From Dehalococcoidia bacterium (GTDB lineage: Bacteria > Chloroflexota > Dehalococcoidia > UBA2979): a stretch of 64,000 bases of DNA. The position numbers and the translations under genes were made by a program. How positions within the stretch are numbered: position 1 is the first letter of the stretch; every line of letters starts with the position of its first letter. The stretch is from contig CAXXDN010000002.1 of assembly GCA_963667465.2 (NCBI GenBank), positions 1,248,001 to 1,312,000 of the forward strand, in the 5' to 3' direction. Shown here piece by piece: positions 28,817 through 38,568 of this stretch. The notes beneath the pieces are model-generated. The model was not told the DNA's origin, ran no database searches, and was given only the letters and a program-made list of their open reading frames with translations.

Positions 28817-30771
28817 CAGCGACCCACCACGTCAGTGCCGAACACCGCGACCACGACGACCGCGATCACGATGCCGATGAAGAAGAGCGAGGTGTAGGCC
28901 TGCACGTAGCCGGCCTCGGCGCGGCGCAGCCCGTCGCCGGCGAGCCGCGTCGCCGTGCCGATCCCGTTCACGATCGCGTCCACGACGTAGCGGTCGAAGA
29001 GGTCGGCGCTGCGCTGCAGACCGGCGTTGAGGATCCAGCGCACGACCACCGTCTCCGCGAGGAAGTCGAGGTAGTACTTCCGCTCCACGATGCCCGGCAG
29101 CGGCCCGAGGCGTGCGGCAACAGCCTCCGGGGCCGGATTGCGGTAGAGGTAGACCGCGGCGGCGGCCCCGATCCCGGCGAGCGCAGCAACGAGCGAGGCC
29201 GCGACGACGATACCCTCGATGCTGGGCTTGCCGTGGCGCAGCTCGGCGGGGAGCGAGCCCTCGATCAGGTGCGTGAAGCCGCTGCCGAGGGCGAACAGCC
29301 CGGCGAAGATGGCAGGCACCGCGAGGATGATCAGCGGGAACGCCATCGAGGGCGGCGACTCGTGCGGGACGGACGAGAAGTCCTCGTGGCCGGCCTCGGG
29401 TTCCTCGCCGCCGCGGTACTCGCCCCAGAAGGTCATGAAGATCGCGCGGAACATGTAGAGCGCAGTCATGAAGGCGACGGCGACGCCGATCACGAAGAGC
29501 AGCTTGTCGTACTTCCAGGCGTCGAGCAGGATCTCGTCCTTGCTCCAGAACCCCGCGAGGGGGAAGACACCGGACAGCGAGAGCGCGCCGATCACGAACG
29601 TCGCGTAGGTGACGGGCATGTACGAGCGCAGCCCGCCCATGCGGCGCATGTCGAAGGTGTGCGTCGCGTGGTTGACAGACCCTGACCCGAGGAAGAGCAG
29701 CGCCTTGAAGAACGCGTGCGTGAAGAGGTGGAAGATCGCCGCCACGTAGCCGAGCACGCCCAGCGCCAGCACCATGTAGCCGATCTGCGAGATCGTCGAG
29801 TAGGCAAGCACGCGCTTGATGTCCGTCTGCACCAGCCCGAGCACCGCCGCCAGCAGCGCCGTGAAGCCGCCCACGTAGGCCACGAGGTCCAGCACCTCGG
29901 CGGGTGCGGCCTCGAAGCTCGGGAACATGCGCGCGATCAGGTAGACGCCGGCAACGACCATCGTCGCCGCGTGAATCAGCGCGGAGACGGGCGTCGGGCC
30001 CTCCATCGCGTCCGGCAGCCAGATGTGCAGCGGGAACTGCGCGGACTTGCCGATTGCTCCGGAGAGCAGGCCGATGGTGAAGCCGACCAGCACCGACGAG
30101 GACAGCGCGCCGGCAAGCGCCAGCTCGTTGATCTCGTGGATGTCGAAGGTGCCGGTCTTGCCGAAGATCAGCAGCACCGCCAGCAGGAAGGCGAAGTCGC
30201 CGAAGCGCGTGACGATGAACGCCTTCTTTGCGGCCGCCGCCGCCGCGGGCCGGTGGAACCAGAAGCCAATCAGCAGGTACGAGGCGAGCCCGACCAGCTC
30301 CCAGTGCACGAACAGCTGGAGCAGGCTGGAGGCGAGCACGAGTCCCAGCATCGCCGCCGTGAACAGCGACATGAAGGCGAAGTAGCGCGCGTACCCGCTG
30401 TCGCCGTGCATGTAGCCGACCGAGTAGATCTGGACGAGCAACGAGACGCTGGTGACGACCACGGCCATGATCGCCGAGAGGCCGTCGATCCTCACACCCA
30501 TCTCGATGTGCAGGTCGAACAGGTTCAGCCAGAGGTGTGGCTGGAAGCCGAGCGCCTCGCCGTCCGCGCCGATCGAGCTGTCGAGCGTCCACAGCGCTGC
30601 GAGGAAGGCGATGCCGATCGCGGCGATGGTGAGCCGCCCCGCCCACGCGTCGCGGAACGGGAAGCCGAACAGCCGCCGCGCGATCAGCCCGGCGGTGATC
30701 AGCAGCGTCGAGGCGACCGGGGCGAAGTAGATCGCCCAGACGACGGATTCGGGGACTTGACCGAGCAGCAT
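28816..30771 (-). CDS. nuoL: NADH-quinone oxidoreductase subunit L
   Basis: WELVG, GKSAQFPLHIWLPDAMEGPTPVSALIHAATMV, HAFFKALLF. Confidence 0.95.
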   Translation of the reverse strand: MLLGQVPESVVWAIYFAPVASTLLITAGLIARRLFGFPFRDAWAGRLTIAAIGIAFLAALWTLDSSIGADGEALGFQPHLWLNLFDLHIEMGVRIDGLSAIMAVVVTSVSLLVQIYSVGYMHGDSGYARYFAFMSLFTAAMLGLVLASSLLQLFVHWELVGLASYLLIGFWFHRPAAAAAAKKAFIVTRFGDFAFLLAVLLIFGKTGTFDIHEINELALAGALSSSVLVGFTIGLLSGAIGKSAQFPLHIWLPDAMEGPTPVSALIHAATMVVAGVYLIARMFPSFEAAPAEVLDLVAYVGGFTALLAAVLGLVQTDIKRVLAYSTISQIGYMVLALGVLGYVAAIFHLFTHAFFKALLFLGSGSVNHATHTFDMRRMGGLRSYMPVTYATFVIGALSLSGVFPLAGFWSKDEILLDAWKYDKLLFVIGVAVAFMTALYMFRAIFMTFWGEYRGGEEPEAGHEDFSSVPHESPPSMAFPLIILAVPAIFAGLFALGSGFTHLIEGSLPAELRHGKPSIEGIVVAASLVAALAGIGAAAAVYLYRNPAPEAVAARLGPLPGIVERKYYLDFLAETVVVRWILNAGLQRSADLFDRYVVDAIVNGIGTATRLAGDGLRRAEAGYVQAYTSLFFIGIVIAVVVVAVFGTDVVGR

Positions 30772-30817
30772 CAGGCCTCGCCAGCGTCCCTTCTGGTTCC
30801 GCGTGTACGCATCGCCG

Positions 30818-31006
30818 CTAGATCTTGTTCAGCACTTCGCGGGCGACGTGGGTCTTGCCGTCGGGCGCCCAGATCTCGCGCGGCGCGGACATCGGACCGA
30901 CCTCGAGGGGCGGCACGATGCGTACGGAGACGGCTTCCGTGTTGAACAGCTCCCACCACATCGCGGCGGCGTAGCCGTCGGGCGCGTCCATGAACTTGAC
31001 CCACAT
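30818..31006 (-). CDS. Small DUF2007-like protein inside the nuo operon (62 aa)
   Basis: Fills the nuoK-nuoL gap; W...A.MW.ELF..E...EIW......AREVL pattern. Confidence 0.6.
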   Translation of the reverse strand: MWVKFMDAPDGYAAAMWWELFNTEAVSVRIVPPLEVGPMSAPREIWAPDGKTHVAREVLNKI

Positions 31007-31016
31007 CCGCGCCCCC

Positions 31017-31343
31017 CTACCAGCGCATCAGGTTGATGCGATCGAGGTCGACCGTCTCGCGTCGTCGATAGATCAGCACCGCCATCGCCAGCGCGACGGC
31101 CGCCTCGGCTGCCGCGACGGTGAGTACGAAGACGACGAAGACGTGGCCCGCCAGCGGCGCGTCGGCGGAGTCGAACGCGCCGCCGAAGCGCGAGAAGGCG
31201 AGGAAGGTGAGGTTGACGCCGTTGAGCATCAGCTCGACGCCCATGAGGACCGCGATCGCGTTGCGCTTGGAGAGCGCGATCGCGATGCCCGCGCCGAAGA
31301 TCATCGCGCCGACGGTCAGGTAGTGGGCCAGCTCGACGCTCAT
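31017..31343 (-). CDS. nuoK: NADH-quinone oxidoreductase subunit K
   Basis: RNAIAVLMGVELMLNG, VAAAEAAVAL. Confidence 0.95.
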   Translation of the reverse strand: MSVELAHYLTVGAMIFGAGIAIALSKRNAIAVLMGVELMLNGVNLTFLAFSRFGGAFDSADAPLAGHVFVVFVLTVAAAEAAVALAMAVLIYRRRETVDLDRINLMRW

Positions 31344-31855
31344 GCCGGCTCGTCCTCCCGGACCAGCACGATCGCACCGATCAGCGCGGCGAGCAGCAGC
31401 ACCGAGGCGACCTCGAAGGCGAGCACGTAGCGCCCCAGCAGCGCGTCGCCGATCGCGTCGGCAGTGGTCTCGAACGACTGGCCGGCGAGCGCGGCAGCGC
31501 CGGCTGCGCCCCATTCGGCATCGATCGCGACGATCGCGACGAGCACCGCGAAGGCGCCCCCGAGCAGCACGCCGGGCACGACGTAGAGCGAGTTGCCGTT
31601 GTCGCGCCCCGCGAGCGGGGTGAGCATCACGGCGAAGACCATCAGCACGGGAATCGCGCCCGCGTAGATCAGCACCTGCGCGGCGGCGATGAAGTCCGCG
31701 GAGAGCGTTACGAACAGCCCGGCGGTGGCGACGAAGGAGAGCACGAGGAGCACCACGGCATGGATCAGGTTCCTCGCGAGGAAGACGCCGACGGCGGAGC
31801 CGACCGCGATCGCGGAGAGCAGCCAGAAGGCGACGATGATGCCGGCGGAGTCCAT
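31340..31855 (-). CDS. nuoJ: NADH-quinone oxidoreductase subunit J
   Basis: QVLIYAGAI, FEVASVLLLAALIGAI. Confidence 0.93.
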   Translation of the reverse strand: MDSAGIIVAFWLLSAIAVGSAVGVFLARNLIHAVVLLVLSFVATAGLFVTLSADFIAAAQVLIYAGAIPVLMVFAVMLTPLAGRDNGNSLYVVPGVLLGGAFAVLVAIVAIDAEWGAAGAAALAGQSFETTADAIGDALLGRYVLAFEVASVLLLAALIGAIVLVREDEPA

Positions 31856-33285
31856 CAGGCCTGCGTCCCCAGTTCCGATGCGCCAAGCCGCCGCGCGGCC
31901 TGCAGCCCGCCGACACCCCGGGTGAGGATCGGCTGCCGCACCGCCTCGCGCTCGGGGCGGTAGCCCATGCGGCGCGCCCACTCACGTACGAGGATGATCG
32001 CGACCGCCCAGTTGACGATCGCGAAGAGCCCGAGGCTGACGATGCCCTTGACCTCCCAGCGCGCGAAGAGCGACACCTCGACGGCCACGACGAGCAGGTT
32101 GATCAGCGAGAGCGGGATCAGGAACTGCCAGGCGAACTTCATCAACTGGTCCAGGCGGAAGCGCGGCAGGGTGCCTCGCAGCCAGACGAGCAGGAAGTAC
32201 GCCGCCGAGATCTTCGCGCCGAGGATCAGGTAGCCGGGTATCCACTCCTCGAGGCCGAACAGCGACCAGCCGCCGAGGAACAACGTCGCCGTGAGCGCCG
32301 CGACGAAGAGCGCGTTGCCCAGCTCGACGGCGTAGAACAGCCCGAACTTCATCCCGGAGTACTCGGTGTGGAAGCCCGCGACGATCTCCGACTCAGCCTC
32401 GGCGATGTCGTTGGGCGTGCGGTTCAGCTCGGCCGTCGAGGAGAAGAAGTACGTGAACATCGCCAGCGGGAGCAGGGCGGCGAGCCAGACGTTGTGGGTC
32501 GACTGCCACTCGACGATCGTCGAGAGCTGCATCGAGCCGCTGAGCAGGACGACTGAGAGCAGCGCGATCGAGAGCGGAATCTCGTAGGAGATCATCATCG
32601 CGATGGTGCGCATCGCGCCGAGCAGCGCGTAGTGGTTATTCGACGACCAGCCGGCCATGAAGATCGCCAGCGTGGTGAGCGAGCTGACCGCGATCAGGAA
32701 GAGGATGCCGACGTGCACGTCTAGGTACGACATCTGCGGGCCCCACGGGATCGGACCCCAGGCGACGATCATCGGGATGAAGATCAGCGCGGGCGGGAGG
32801 AAGAACAGCACCTTGTCGGCGCCGCGCGGCATCAGCACTTCCTTCTGGATCAGCTTGACCGCGTCGGCGACGGGCTGGAGCAGGCCGAACGGCCCAACAC
32901 GGTTCGGCCCCCGGCGAATCTGCATGCGCCCGATCAGCCGCCGCTCGACCCAGATCAGAACCAGCAGCGCGCCGCCGACGATGCTGAGGATGCCGGTCGC
33001 GCCGAGCAGCGCTGTGACGGCGTAGGAGATCCAGTGCTGACCGAGGAAGTCGAGGACGCCCGGCTGGTCGGCGTTGCGATCGTCCAGCCACTCGCGCAGC
33101 TCCTGCACGCCGATGCCGAGGTCGCGCACGTCGTACCACTGTCCGTCGAGCCGCCCGTCGATCACGACGTAGCCGATCGCGACGTTGACGGCGACGAACC
33201 CGATCGCGACGAGGGCGCCGAGCGCCACGAGCGCGCGCGGGACCGTGCGCGCCGGCAGCCGTCGGCCCACCCGCAGCGAGCTCAT
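31855..33285 (-). CDS. nuoH: NADH-quinone oxidoreductase subunit H, with N-terminal extension
   Basis: ERRLIGRMQIRRGPNRVGPFGLLQPVAD, AELNRTPNDIAEAESE, PRFRLDQ. Confidence 0.94.
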   Translation of the reverse strand: MSSLRVGRRLPARTVPRALVALGALVAIGFVAVNVAIGYVVIDGRLDGQWYDVRDLGIGVQELREWLDDRNADQPGVLDFLGQHWISYAVTALLGATGILSIVGGALLVLIWVERRLIGRMQIRRGPNRVGPFGLLQPVADAVKLIQKEVLMPRGADKVLFFLPPALIFIPMIVAWGPIPWGPQMSYLDVHVGILFLIAVSSLTTLAIFMAGWSSNNHYALLGAMRTIAMMISYEIPLSIALLSVVLLSGSMQLSTIVEWQSTHNVWLAALLPLAMFTYFFSSTAELNRTPNDIAEAESEIVAGFHTEYSGMKFGLFYAVELGNALFVAALTATLFLGGWSLFGLEEWIPGYLILGAKISAAYFLLVWLRGTLPRFRLDQLMKFAWQFLIPLSLINLLVVAVEVSLFARWEVKGIVSLGLFAIVNWAVAIILVREWARRMGYRPEREAVRQPILTRGVGGLQAARRLGASELGTQA

Positions 33286-34385
33286 CGGTCGATCTCCCCG
33301 ACGACGATGTCGACGGAGCCGAGGGCGACGATCGCGTCCGGCAGCGACGCGCCGATCGCCATCTCGCGCAGCAGCGAGAGGTTGATCAGCGAGGGCGCGC
33401 GGATGTGGAAGCGGAACGGCGCGGACCCGCCGTCCGACACCACGTAGAAGCCAAGCTCGCCGCGAGGGCCCTCGACGCGGGCGTAGGCCTCGCCCGGGTC
33501 GGGGCGCAGCGCGAGCGGGATCTGCGTCTTGTGCGGGCCGGAGGGCAGCGCGTCGAGCGCCTGGCGGATGATCTTCGTTGACTGGCGGACTTCCTCGAGG
33601 CGCACGAGGAAGCGGTCATACGCGTCGCCCTGGCGGCCGACCGGGATCTCGAAGTCGAAGCGGTCGTAGCCACAGTAGGGCTCGGCCTTGCGCAGGTCCC
33701 AGGGCACGCCCGAGCCGCGCAGCATGGGCCCGACGAGCGAGCCGTTGATCGCGTCCTCGGCGGAGATGATGCCGACGCCGCGGCCGCGCGCGAGCAGGAT
33801 CTCGTTGTCGACGAGCAGCTCGGCGTACTCCTCGATGCGCTCCGGCAGCTCGTCAACCAGGGATTCGATCGCCGGGTAGAACTCGGCGGGCGGATCGAAG
33901 GCGACGCCGCCGATGCGCATGTAGTTCGTGGTGAGGCGCGCGCCGCAGGTCATTTCGAACAGGTCGAGGATGCGCTCGCGCTCGCGGAACATGTACATCA
34001 GCGGCGTCTGCCAGGCGCCGGCGTCGTTGACGAACGTGCCGTTGGCCATCGAGTGGCTGGCGATGCGCTGCAGCTCCGCGAAGATCACACGCAGGCAGGA
34101 GGCGCGCTCCGGCACCTCGACGCCCGCGAGGCGCTCGACGGCGAGGCAGTAGCCGAGGTTGCCGCTCATCGCCGCCAGGTAGTCGGCGCGGTCGGTGAAG
34201 GGGATGTTCTGCGTGTAGGTGCGCTCCTCGGCCAGCTTCTCCATCGAGCGGTGGAGGTAGCCGACGACCATCTCGACGTCCTGGATGCGCTCGCCGTCCA
34301 TCACGACGCGCAGCCGGAACACCCCGTGGGTCGAGGGGTGCTGTGGCCCGATGTTCAGGACGTACGGCTCGGTCGCGGCGGTCAT
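33282..34385 (-). CDS. nuoD: NADH-quinone oxidoreductase subunit D
   Basis: NIGPQHPSTHGVFR, GYLHR, DRADY, GEIDR; no NiFe CxxC motifs. Confidence 0.95.
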   Translation of the reverse strand: MTAATEPYVLNIGPQHPSTHGVFRLRVVMDGERIQDVEMVVGYLHRSMEKLAEERTYTQNIPFTDRADYLAAMSGNLGYCLAVERLAGVEVPERASCLRVIFAELQRIASHSMANGTFVNDAGAWQTPLMYMFRERERILDLFEMTCGARLTTNYMRIGGVAFDPPAEFYPAIESLVDELPERIEEYAELLVDNEILLARGRGVGIISAEDAINGSLVGPMLRGSGVPWDLRKAEPYCGYDRFDFEIPVGRQGDAYDRFLVRLEEVRQSTKIIRQALDALPSGPHKTQIPLALRPDPGEAYARVEGPRGELGFYVVSDGGSAPFRFHIRAPSLINLSLLREMAIGASLPDAIVALGSVDIVVGEIDR

Positions 34386-34395
34386 CGCAACACCG

Positions 34396-34911
34396 TCATC
34401 GCGCCTGCACCCCGGATTCCTCGAAGGGGAACTTCGGCAGGCCGGGGTGGTGTTCGGGGATCTGCAGGAAGTCCTTGCGCAGCGGGAAGCCGGGGTAGCC
34501 CTCCCAGAGGAACATGCGGCGCAGGTCCGGGTGGCCCTCGAAGCGGATGCCCATCAGGTCGTAGACCTCACGCTCCTGCAGCAGCGCGCCCCTGTACACG
34601 CCGTAGGCGCTGGGCAGCCCGGGCGCCTCGTGCTCGCCGACGATCGCCTTGACGACGATCTGGTGATTCCGGTCGAGCGATTGCAGGTGGTAGACGACCT
34701 CGAAGCGGTCGTGGCGGTCGACGGCGCAGAGGTTGCTGAGCTGGCGCGCGTCGAGGTCGGCGTCGTCGTGGAGGAAGCGCAGCACGTCCGCGATGCGCTC
34801 GGGGCGCACCTCGACCCACTCCTCGGTGGCGCGCAGGATGGCGTCGGGTACGGCGGCGGCGAGGGGCGCCGCGACGGCCTCGCCGCTCAGCTGCCGGGGG
34901 CCCGCCGGCAT
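34396..34911 (-). CDS. nuoC: NADH-quinone oxidoreductase subunit C
   Basis: RFEVVYHL, EREVYDLMGIRFEGHPDLRR, PLRKDF. Confidence 0.94.
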   Translation of the reverse strand: MPAGPRQLSGEAVAAPLAAAVPDAILRATEEWVEVRPERIADVLRFLHDDADLDARQLSNLCAVDRHDRFEVVYHLQSLDRNHQIVVKAIVGEHEAPGLPSAYGVYRGALLQEREVYDLMGIRFEGHPDLRRMFLWEGYPGFPLRKDFLQIPEHHPGLPKFPFEESGVQAR

Positions 34912-34912
34912 G

Positions 34913-35287
34913 CTAGCGCCACTCCAGCGCGCCGCGCCGCCAGGCGTAGGCGAGGCCGAATGCAAGGACGCCGACGAAGATCGCGGCCTTGAACAGCGCG
35001 TCGGTATCGAGCACCCCGTACTGCAGCGCCCACGGATAGAGGAAGACGACCTCCACGTCGAAGATCACGAAGCCGAGCGCGAACAGGTAGTAGCGGGCGT
35101 TGAACTGGCCCCAGGCGTTGCCCTCGGACTCCACGCCGCACTCGTAGGTGGCGTGCTTGATGGGGTCCGGGTTCTGGGGGCGGCGGCGCAGCAGGTAGAA
35201 GGCGAACGAGGCAACAAGCGGGAGCGCGGGGAAGACCACACCCAGGACGATCAGTACCCCGACGCGTCCGAACAGCTCTGGAATCAC
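34913..35287 (-). CDS. nuoA: NADH-quinone oxidoreductase subunit A
   Basis: KHATYECG, YYLFALGFVIFDVEVVFLYPWA, YAWRRGALEW. Confidence 0.94.
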   Translation of the reverse strand: MIPELFGRVGVLIVLGVVFPALPLVASFAFYLLRRRPQNPDPIKHATYECGVESEGNAWGQFNARYYLFALGFVIFDVEVVFLYPWALQYGVLDTDALFKAAIFVGVLAFGLAYAWRRGALEWR

Positions 35288-35411
35288 CCGGGCGCGCTCC
35301 TCAGCGGTCCCCGTGACGGGGTTGCGCGTCCCCCGAACCGGGACGCCACGACCCACGATCGGGCCCCCGAACCGCTCGGTCCGGCATCGAGCGAGAAGGT
35401 AGCACCGGCCC

Positions 35412-36029
35412 CTACAGCGCGCCAGCGCCGGGCGCGCTCGGTAACCCGCCCTGCTCGCGCTCACACGCCTCCGCAGCCGCGGCGCGCTCCTGCAGCGCGT
35501 ACTCCTCGCGGCTGATCTCCATCCGCTCGAAGTCGTAGCCGTCGCGCCGCACGGAGCGGAGGCGGCGGAAGCCGGCGTGCCGGAAGGCCTGCTGCGCGCG
35601 GGTGTTCGTCGTGAGCGTGTGCAGGTAGACGCGCCGCAGTTCCAGCTCGGTGAAGAGATGCCCGAGCAGGCAGCGCACGGCCTCGCTGCCGTACCCCCTC
35701 GACCAGTACGCCCGCTCCCCGATCGTGATGCCCAACTCGGCCTCTCCGAGGTACGAGTCGTACCCGTAGTACATGACGTTGCCGATGTGCCGGGCGCTCT
35801 CGCGATCCTCGATGGCGAACGTGCGCCGGAACCGGGAGGGGCGCCGCAGATCCTCGGTGATGGTGGCCGTGTAGGCGCGGAAGGTCATGGTGATCGGGCG
35901 CGTCGCGTCGTAGTCGGCGAGTTCGCGGTCCCTGCGCCAGGTGTAGTCGCGCCAGGCGTCCTCGATCTGCTTCTCGCGCAGGCGCACGAGGCGGCCCTCG
36001 GCGATCACTCGCGGCGCGGTGGCGGTCAT
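35412..36029 (-). CDS. GNAT N-acetyltransferase (RimJ/RimL-like)
   Basis: AELGITIG..YWSRGYG, NTRA...F..AGF. Confidence 0.85.
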   Translation of the reverse strand: MTATAPRVIAEGRLVRLREKQIEDAWRDYTWRRDRELADYDATRPITMTFRAYTATITEDLRRPSRFRRTFAIEDRESARHIGNVMYYGYDSYLGEAELGITIGERAYWSRGYGSEAVRCLLGHLFTELELRRVYLHTLTTNTRAQQAFRHAGFRRLRSVRRDGYDFERMEISREEYALQERAAAAEACEREQGGLPSAPGAGAL

Positions 36030-36502
36030 CGCGCCGCCCCCTCGCCGTTCAGTGCCTCGATCGCCCGCTCGACGATCGCGCGTTCGTTGGGATACGTCAT
36101 CCGCTTGCACGCCTCGTGCGCGTCGTACCACTCGACCAGGTCGTACTCGCCGTCGTGGCCGCCGAAGTCGCCGCCGGTCGGCTGCATCAGGTAGTGGTGC
36201 ACCACCTTGTAGACGCGCCCGGGCCTGCCCGGCACCTCGTAGGTGTAGCGGATCGAGCCGACCGGTTCGCTCCCGTCGATGACGACCTGCAGCCCCGTCT
36301 CCTCCGCGACCTCGCGCAGCGCGGTCTGTTCGATGCTCTCGCCGCGCTCGGGTTTGCCCTTGGGCAACGCCCAGAGCCGCTCGCGCGGCCGCGCCACGAG
36401 CACGACCTCGAGGCCGGATTCTCCGCCACGCCGGTAGACGACGCCGCCGGCCGACCAGATCTCGCGCACGCCGTCTTCGGAGCTCACGAGGCGTCGGTCC
36501 AT
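36026..36502 (-). CDS. NUDIX hydrolase
   Basis: SAGGVV, LPKGKPERGESIEQTALREVAEETG Nudix box. Confidence 0.9.
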   Translation of the reverse strand: MDRRLVSSEDGVREIWSAGGVVYRRGGESGLEVVLVARPRERLWALPKGKPERGESIEQTALREVAEETGLQVVIDGSEPVGSIRYTYEVPGRPGRVYKVVHHYLMQPTGGDFGGHDGEYDLVEWYDAHEACKRMTYPNERAIVERAIEALNGEGAAR

Positions 36503-37500
36503 GGCAACGCGTCATCCCCCTCGAAGTCGACGGACATCATGCGCGCCTCCTCGGCGGCGAGCTGGGCCGCCTCGGCGATGTGCGGCTCGGGGCTGCGGAG
36601 CAGGTCCTGCAGGATCTGCTCCGCCCGGTCTCCGGCAATCTCGCCGAGCGCGCGGATCGCGGCGACCTGTACCTCTTCCTCCTCGTCCTCGAGTAGCAGT
36701 GTCAGCGGCTCGACCGCGGCCTCGAGGAGCAGATTCCCGGCGGAGATCGCGGCGGCGGCGCGCACGTCCTCGTCATCGTCCTCGAAGGTCTGGATCAGCA
36801 CGGGCAGCCAGTCGTCGGAGCCGTGGCGGCCCATCGCCTCGACGGCGGCGCGGCGCAGCCGGATGCTGCCCATCTCGTAGTACTCCGCGATCAGCTCGGC
36901 CACCCACTCGTCGGAGGACGCTCCCAGCGCGGCCAGCGCCGTGCCGCTTACCTCGTCCTCCTCCGTCACGTCCTCGATGCGGTCGCGCAGCGTCTCCAGC
37001 AGGCGCTCGCCGAGCTCGACGGGGAGCATCCCGAACTCGTTGCCGATGACGAAGCTCCCGAGGCCCTCGGCGGCGGCGGCGCGCACGCTCGCCTCGGCGT
37101 CGTCACGCACGATGTCAAGCAGGACGGCCGCGTACTCCGGTCGCTCGCTCTCCCAGAGTCCGCGGATCGCGAGGATACGCGTCGCGGTGTCCGGGTCGTA
37201 CAGGGCGGAGAGCTGGATGCGCTCGAACTCCAGCGTCGCGTCATCCTCGGAAAGCTGCTCCAGCGCCGCGAGGAAGTCGCGGCGGCGGTTCGGCGTGAGG
37301 CGGCTCCAGAGGGCCAGGACGCGACCGGCCGTGGCGTCGTCCGGGTTGCTCAGCGCGGGCAGGTCGGCGAACGGAATCGGCGCCGCTTCGTCCGCGATCG
37401 CGGCGAGGACCTCCGCCGGAGGCGGGTACGCGCGCGACAACGCATCGTCGATGGGATCGACGCCGTCACCAGCTCCGTCTGTCGGATCGGGAGGGCTCAT
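36484..37500 (-). CDS. HEAT-repeat protein
   Basis: Repeated D...VRAAAA..LG units. Confidence 0.8.
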   Translation of the reverse strand: MSPPDPTDGAGDGVDPIDDALSRAYPPPAEVLAAIADEAAPIPFADLPALSNPDDATAGRVLALWSRLTPNRRRDFLAALEQLSEDDATLEFERIQLSALYDPDTATRILAIRGLWESERPEYAAVLLDIVRDDAEASVRAAAAEGLGSFVIGNEFGMLPVELGERLLETLRDRIEDVTEEDEVSGTALAALGASSDEWVAELIAEYYEMGSIRLRRAAVEAMGRHGSDDWLPVLIQTFEDDDEDVRAAAAISAGNLLLEAAVEPLTLLLEDEEEEVQVAAIRALGEIAGDRAEQILQDLLRSPEPHIAEAAQLAAEEARMMSVDFEGDDALPWTDAS

Positions 37501-37551
37501 ATTCGACCTCCGAACGGCAGTCTATCAGCGCTCACGGGCAACGGTCCGCCG

Positions 37552-38568
37552 TCAGGCTAGCTCCGCCATCGGGTCGCGCCCCAGCAAGGCGGCCATCGCC
37601 TCCTGCGGAGAGATCTCCCCGTCGAGGATCGCTTGCAATGCCTCGGCGATCGGCAGCTCGACGCCGAGGCGGGCGGCGAGGCGCAACGCGGCGGGGGTCG
37701 TCGTGACGCCCTCGACGGTCTCGCCGATGCTGGCGAGGGCGTCGGTGCGGGTCGCCCCGCCGCCGATCAGTTCGCCGAGGCGGCGGTTACGCGCGAGCGG
37801 GCTGTAGGAGCTGGCCATCAGGTCGCCCACACCGGCGAGGCCCTGGAAGGTCAGCCGCTCGGCGCCGGCGGCCACGCCGAGCCTCGACATCTCGGCCAGG
37901 CCACGCGCGATGAGCGCCCCCTTCGCGTTGTCGCCGAAGCCGAAGGCGTCGACCATCCCGGCCGCGATCGCGATGATGTTCTTGAGTGCCCCGCCGAACT
38001 CGACCCCGACGACGTCGTGGCTGGTGTAGACGCGGAAGGACGCGCTGTGGAATGCGGCGCGAATCGCGTCGAGCGAGCGGTCGGCGGAGGCGATCACGGT
38101 CGCGCCGGGGAGCCCGGCGGCGACCTCCCGCGAGAGATTCGGCCCGGACAGGGCGGCGAGCGGCCGGCCCGGCAGTTGCGCGGCCAGCACCTCTGTCATG
38201 CGGCGTCCGCTCTCGCTCTCGATGCCCTTCGAGCAAGACAGCAACGGCGTGGACGGCGGCACGCACGCCGCAACGGCGGCGGCGTTCTCCGCCATCGTCT
38301 GCGCCGGGACGACGAAGCAGATCAGGTCCGCGGCCTCGAGTGCGGCGTGCCCGGCGGAGATCGCGAGGCCGGCGGGGAACGCCACGCCCGGAAGGCGGTC
38401 GTGCCCGCCGGCGGAGCGCAGGCGCGCGGCTTCCTCGTCGCTGCGGGCGAGCAGGGTGACGGAGACGCCGTTGCGCGCGAGCAGGATCGCGAGCGTTACG
38501 CCCCAGCCGGTGGCGCCGACGACGGCGGCCCGGCGAATCGGCGCCGGGACCGCCTCGCGCTCAGGCAC
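37552..38568 (-). CDS. gpsA: NAD(P)H-dependent glycerol-3-phosphate dehydrogenase
   Basis: VVGATGWG, SKGIE, SGPN, GALKNIIAIAAG, GVGDL, RN, VEG. Confidence 0.93.
   Translation of the reverse strand: MPEREAVPAPIRRAAVVGATGWGVTLAILLARNGVSVTLLARSDEEAARLRSAGGHDRLPGVAFPAGLAISAGHAALEAADLICFVVPAQTMAENAAAVAACVPPSTPLLSCSKGIESESGRRMTEVLAAQLPGRPLAALSGPNLSREVAAGLPGATVIASADRSLDAIRAAFHSASFRVYTSHDVVGVEFGGALKNIIAIAAGMVDAFGFGDNAKGALIARGLAEMSRLGVAAGAERLTFQGLAGVGDLMASSYSPLARNRRLGELIGGGATRTDALASIGETVEGVTTTPAALRLAARLGVELPIAEALQAILDGEISPQEAMAALLGRDPMAELA

Noticed and set aside
33282-34385. Large subunit of a group 4 NiFe hydrogenase
   Set aside because: No N- or C-terminal CxxC; ends in GEIDR and keeps the quinone-site His and Tyr of NuoD
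25872-35287. Hidden selenoprotein nuoB/nuoI broken by UGA
   Set aside because: Genes abut or overlap, leaving no room
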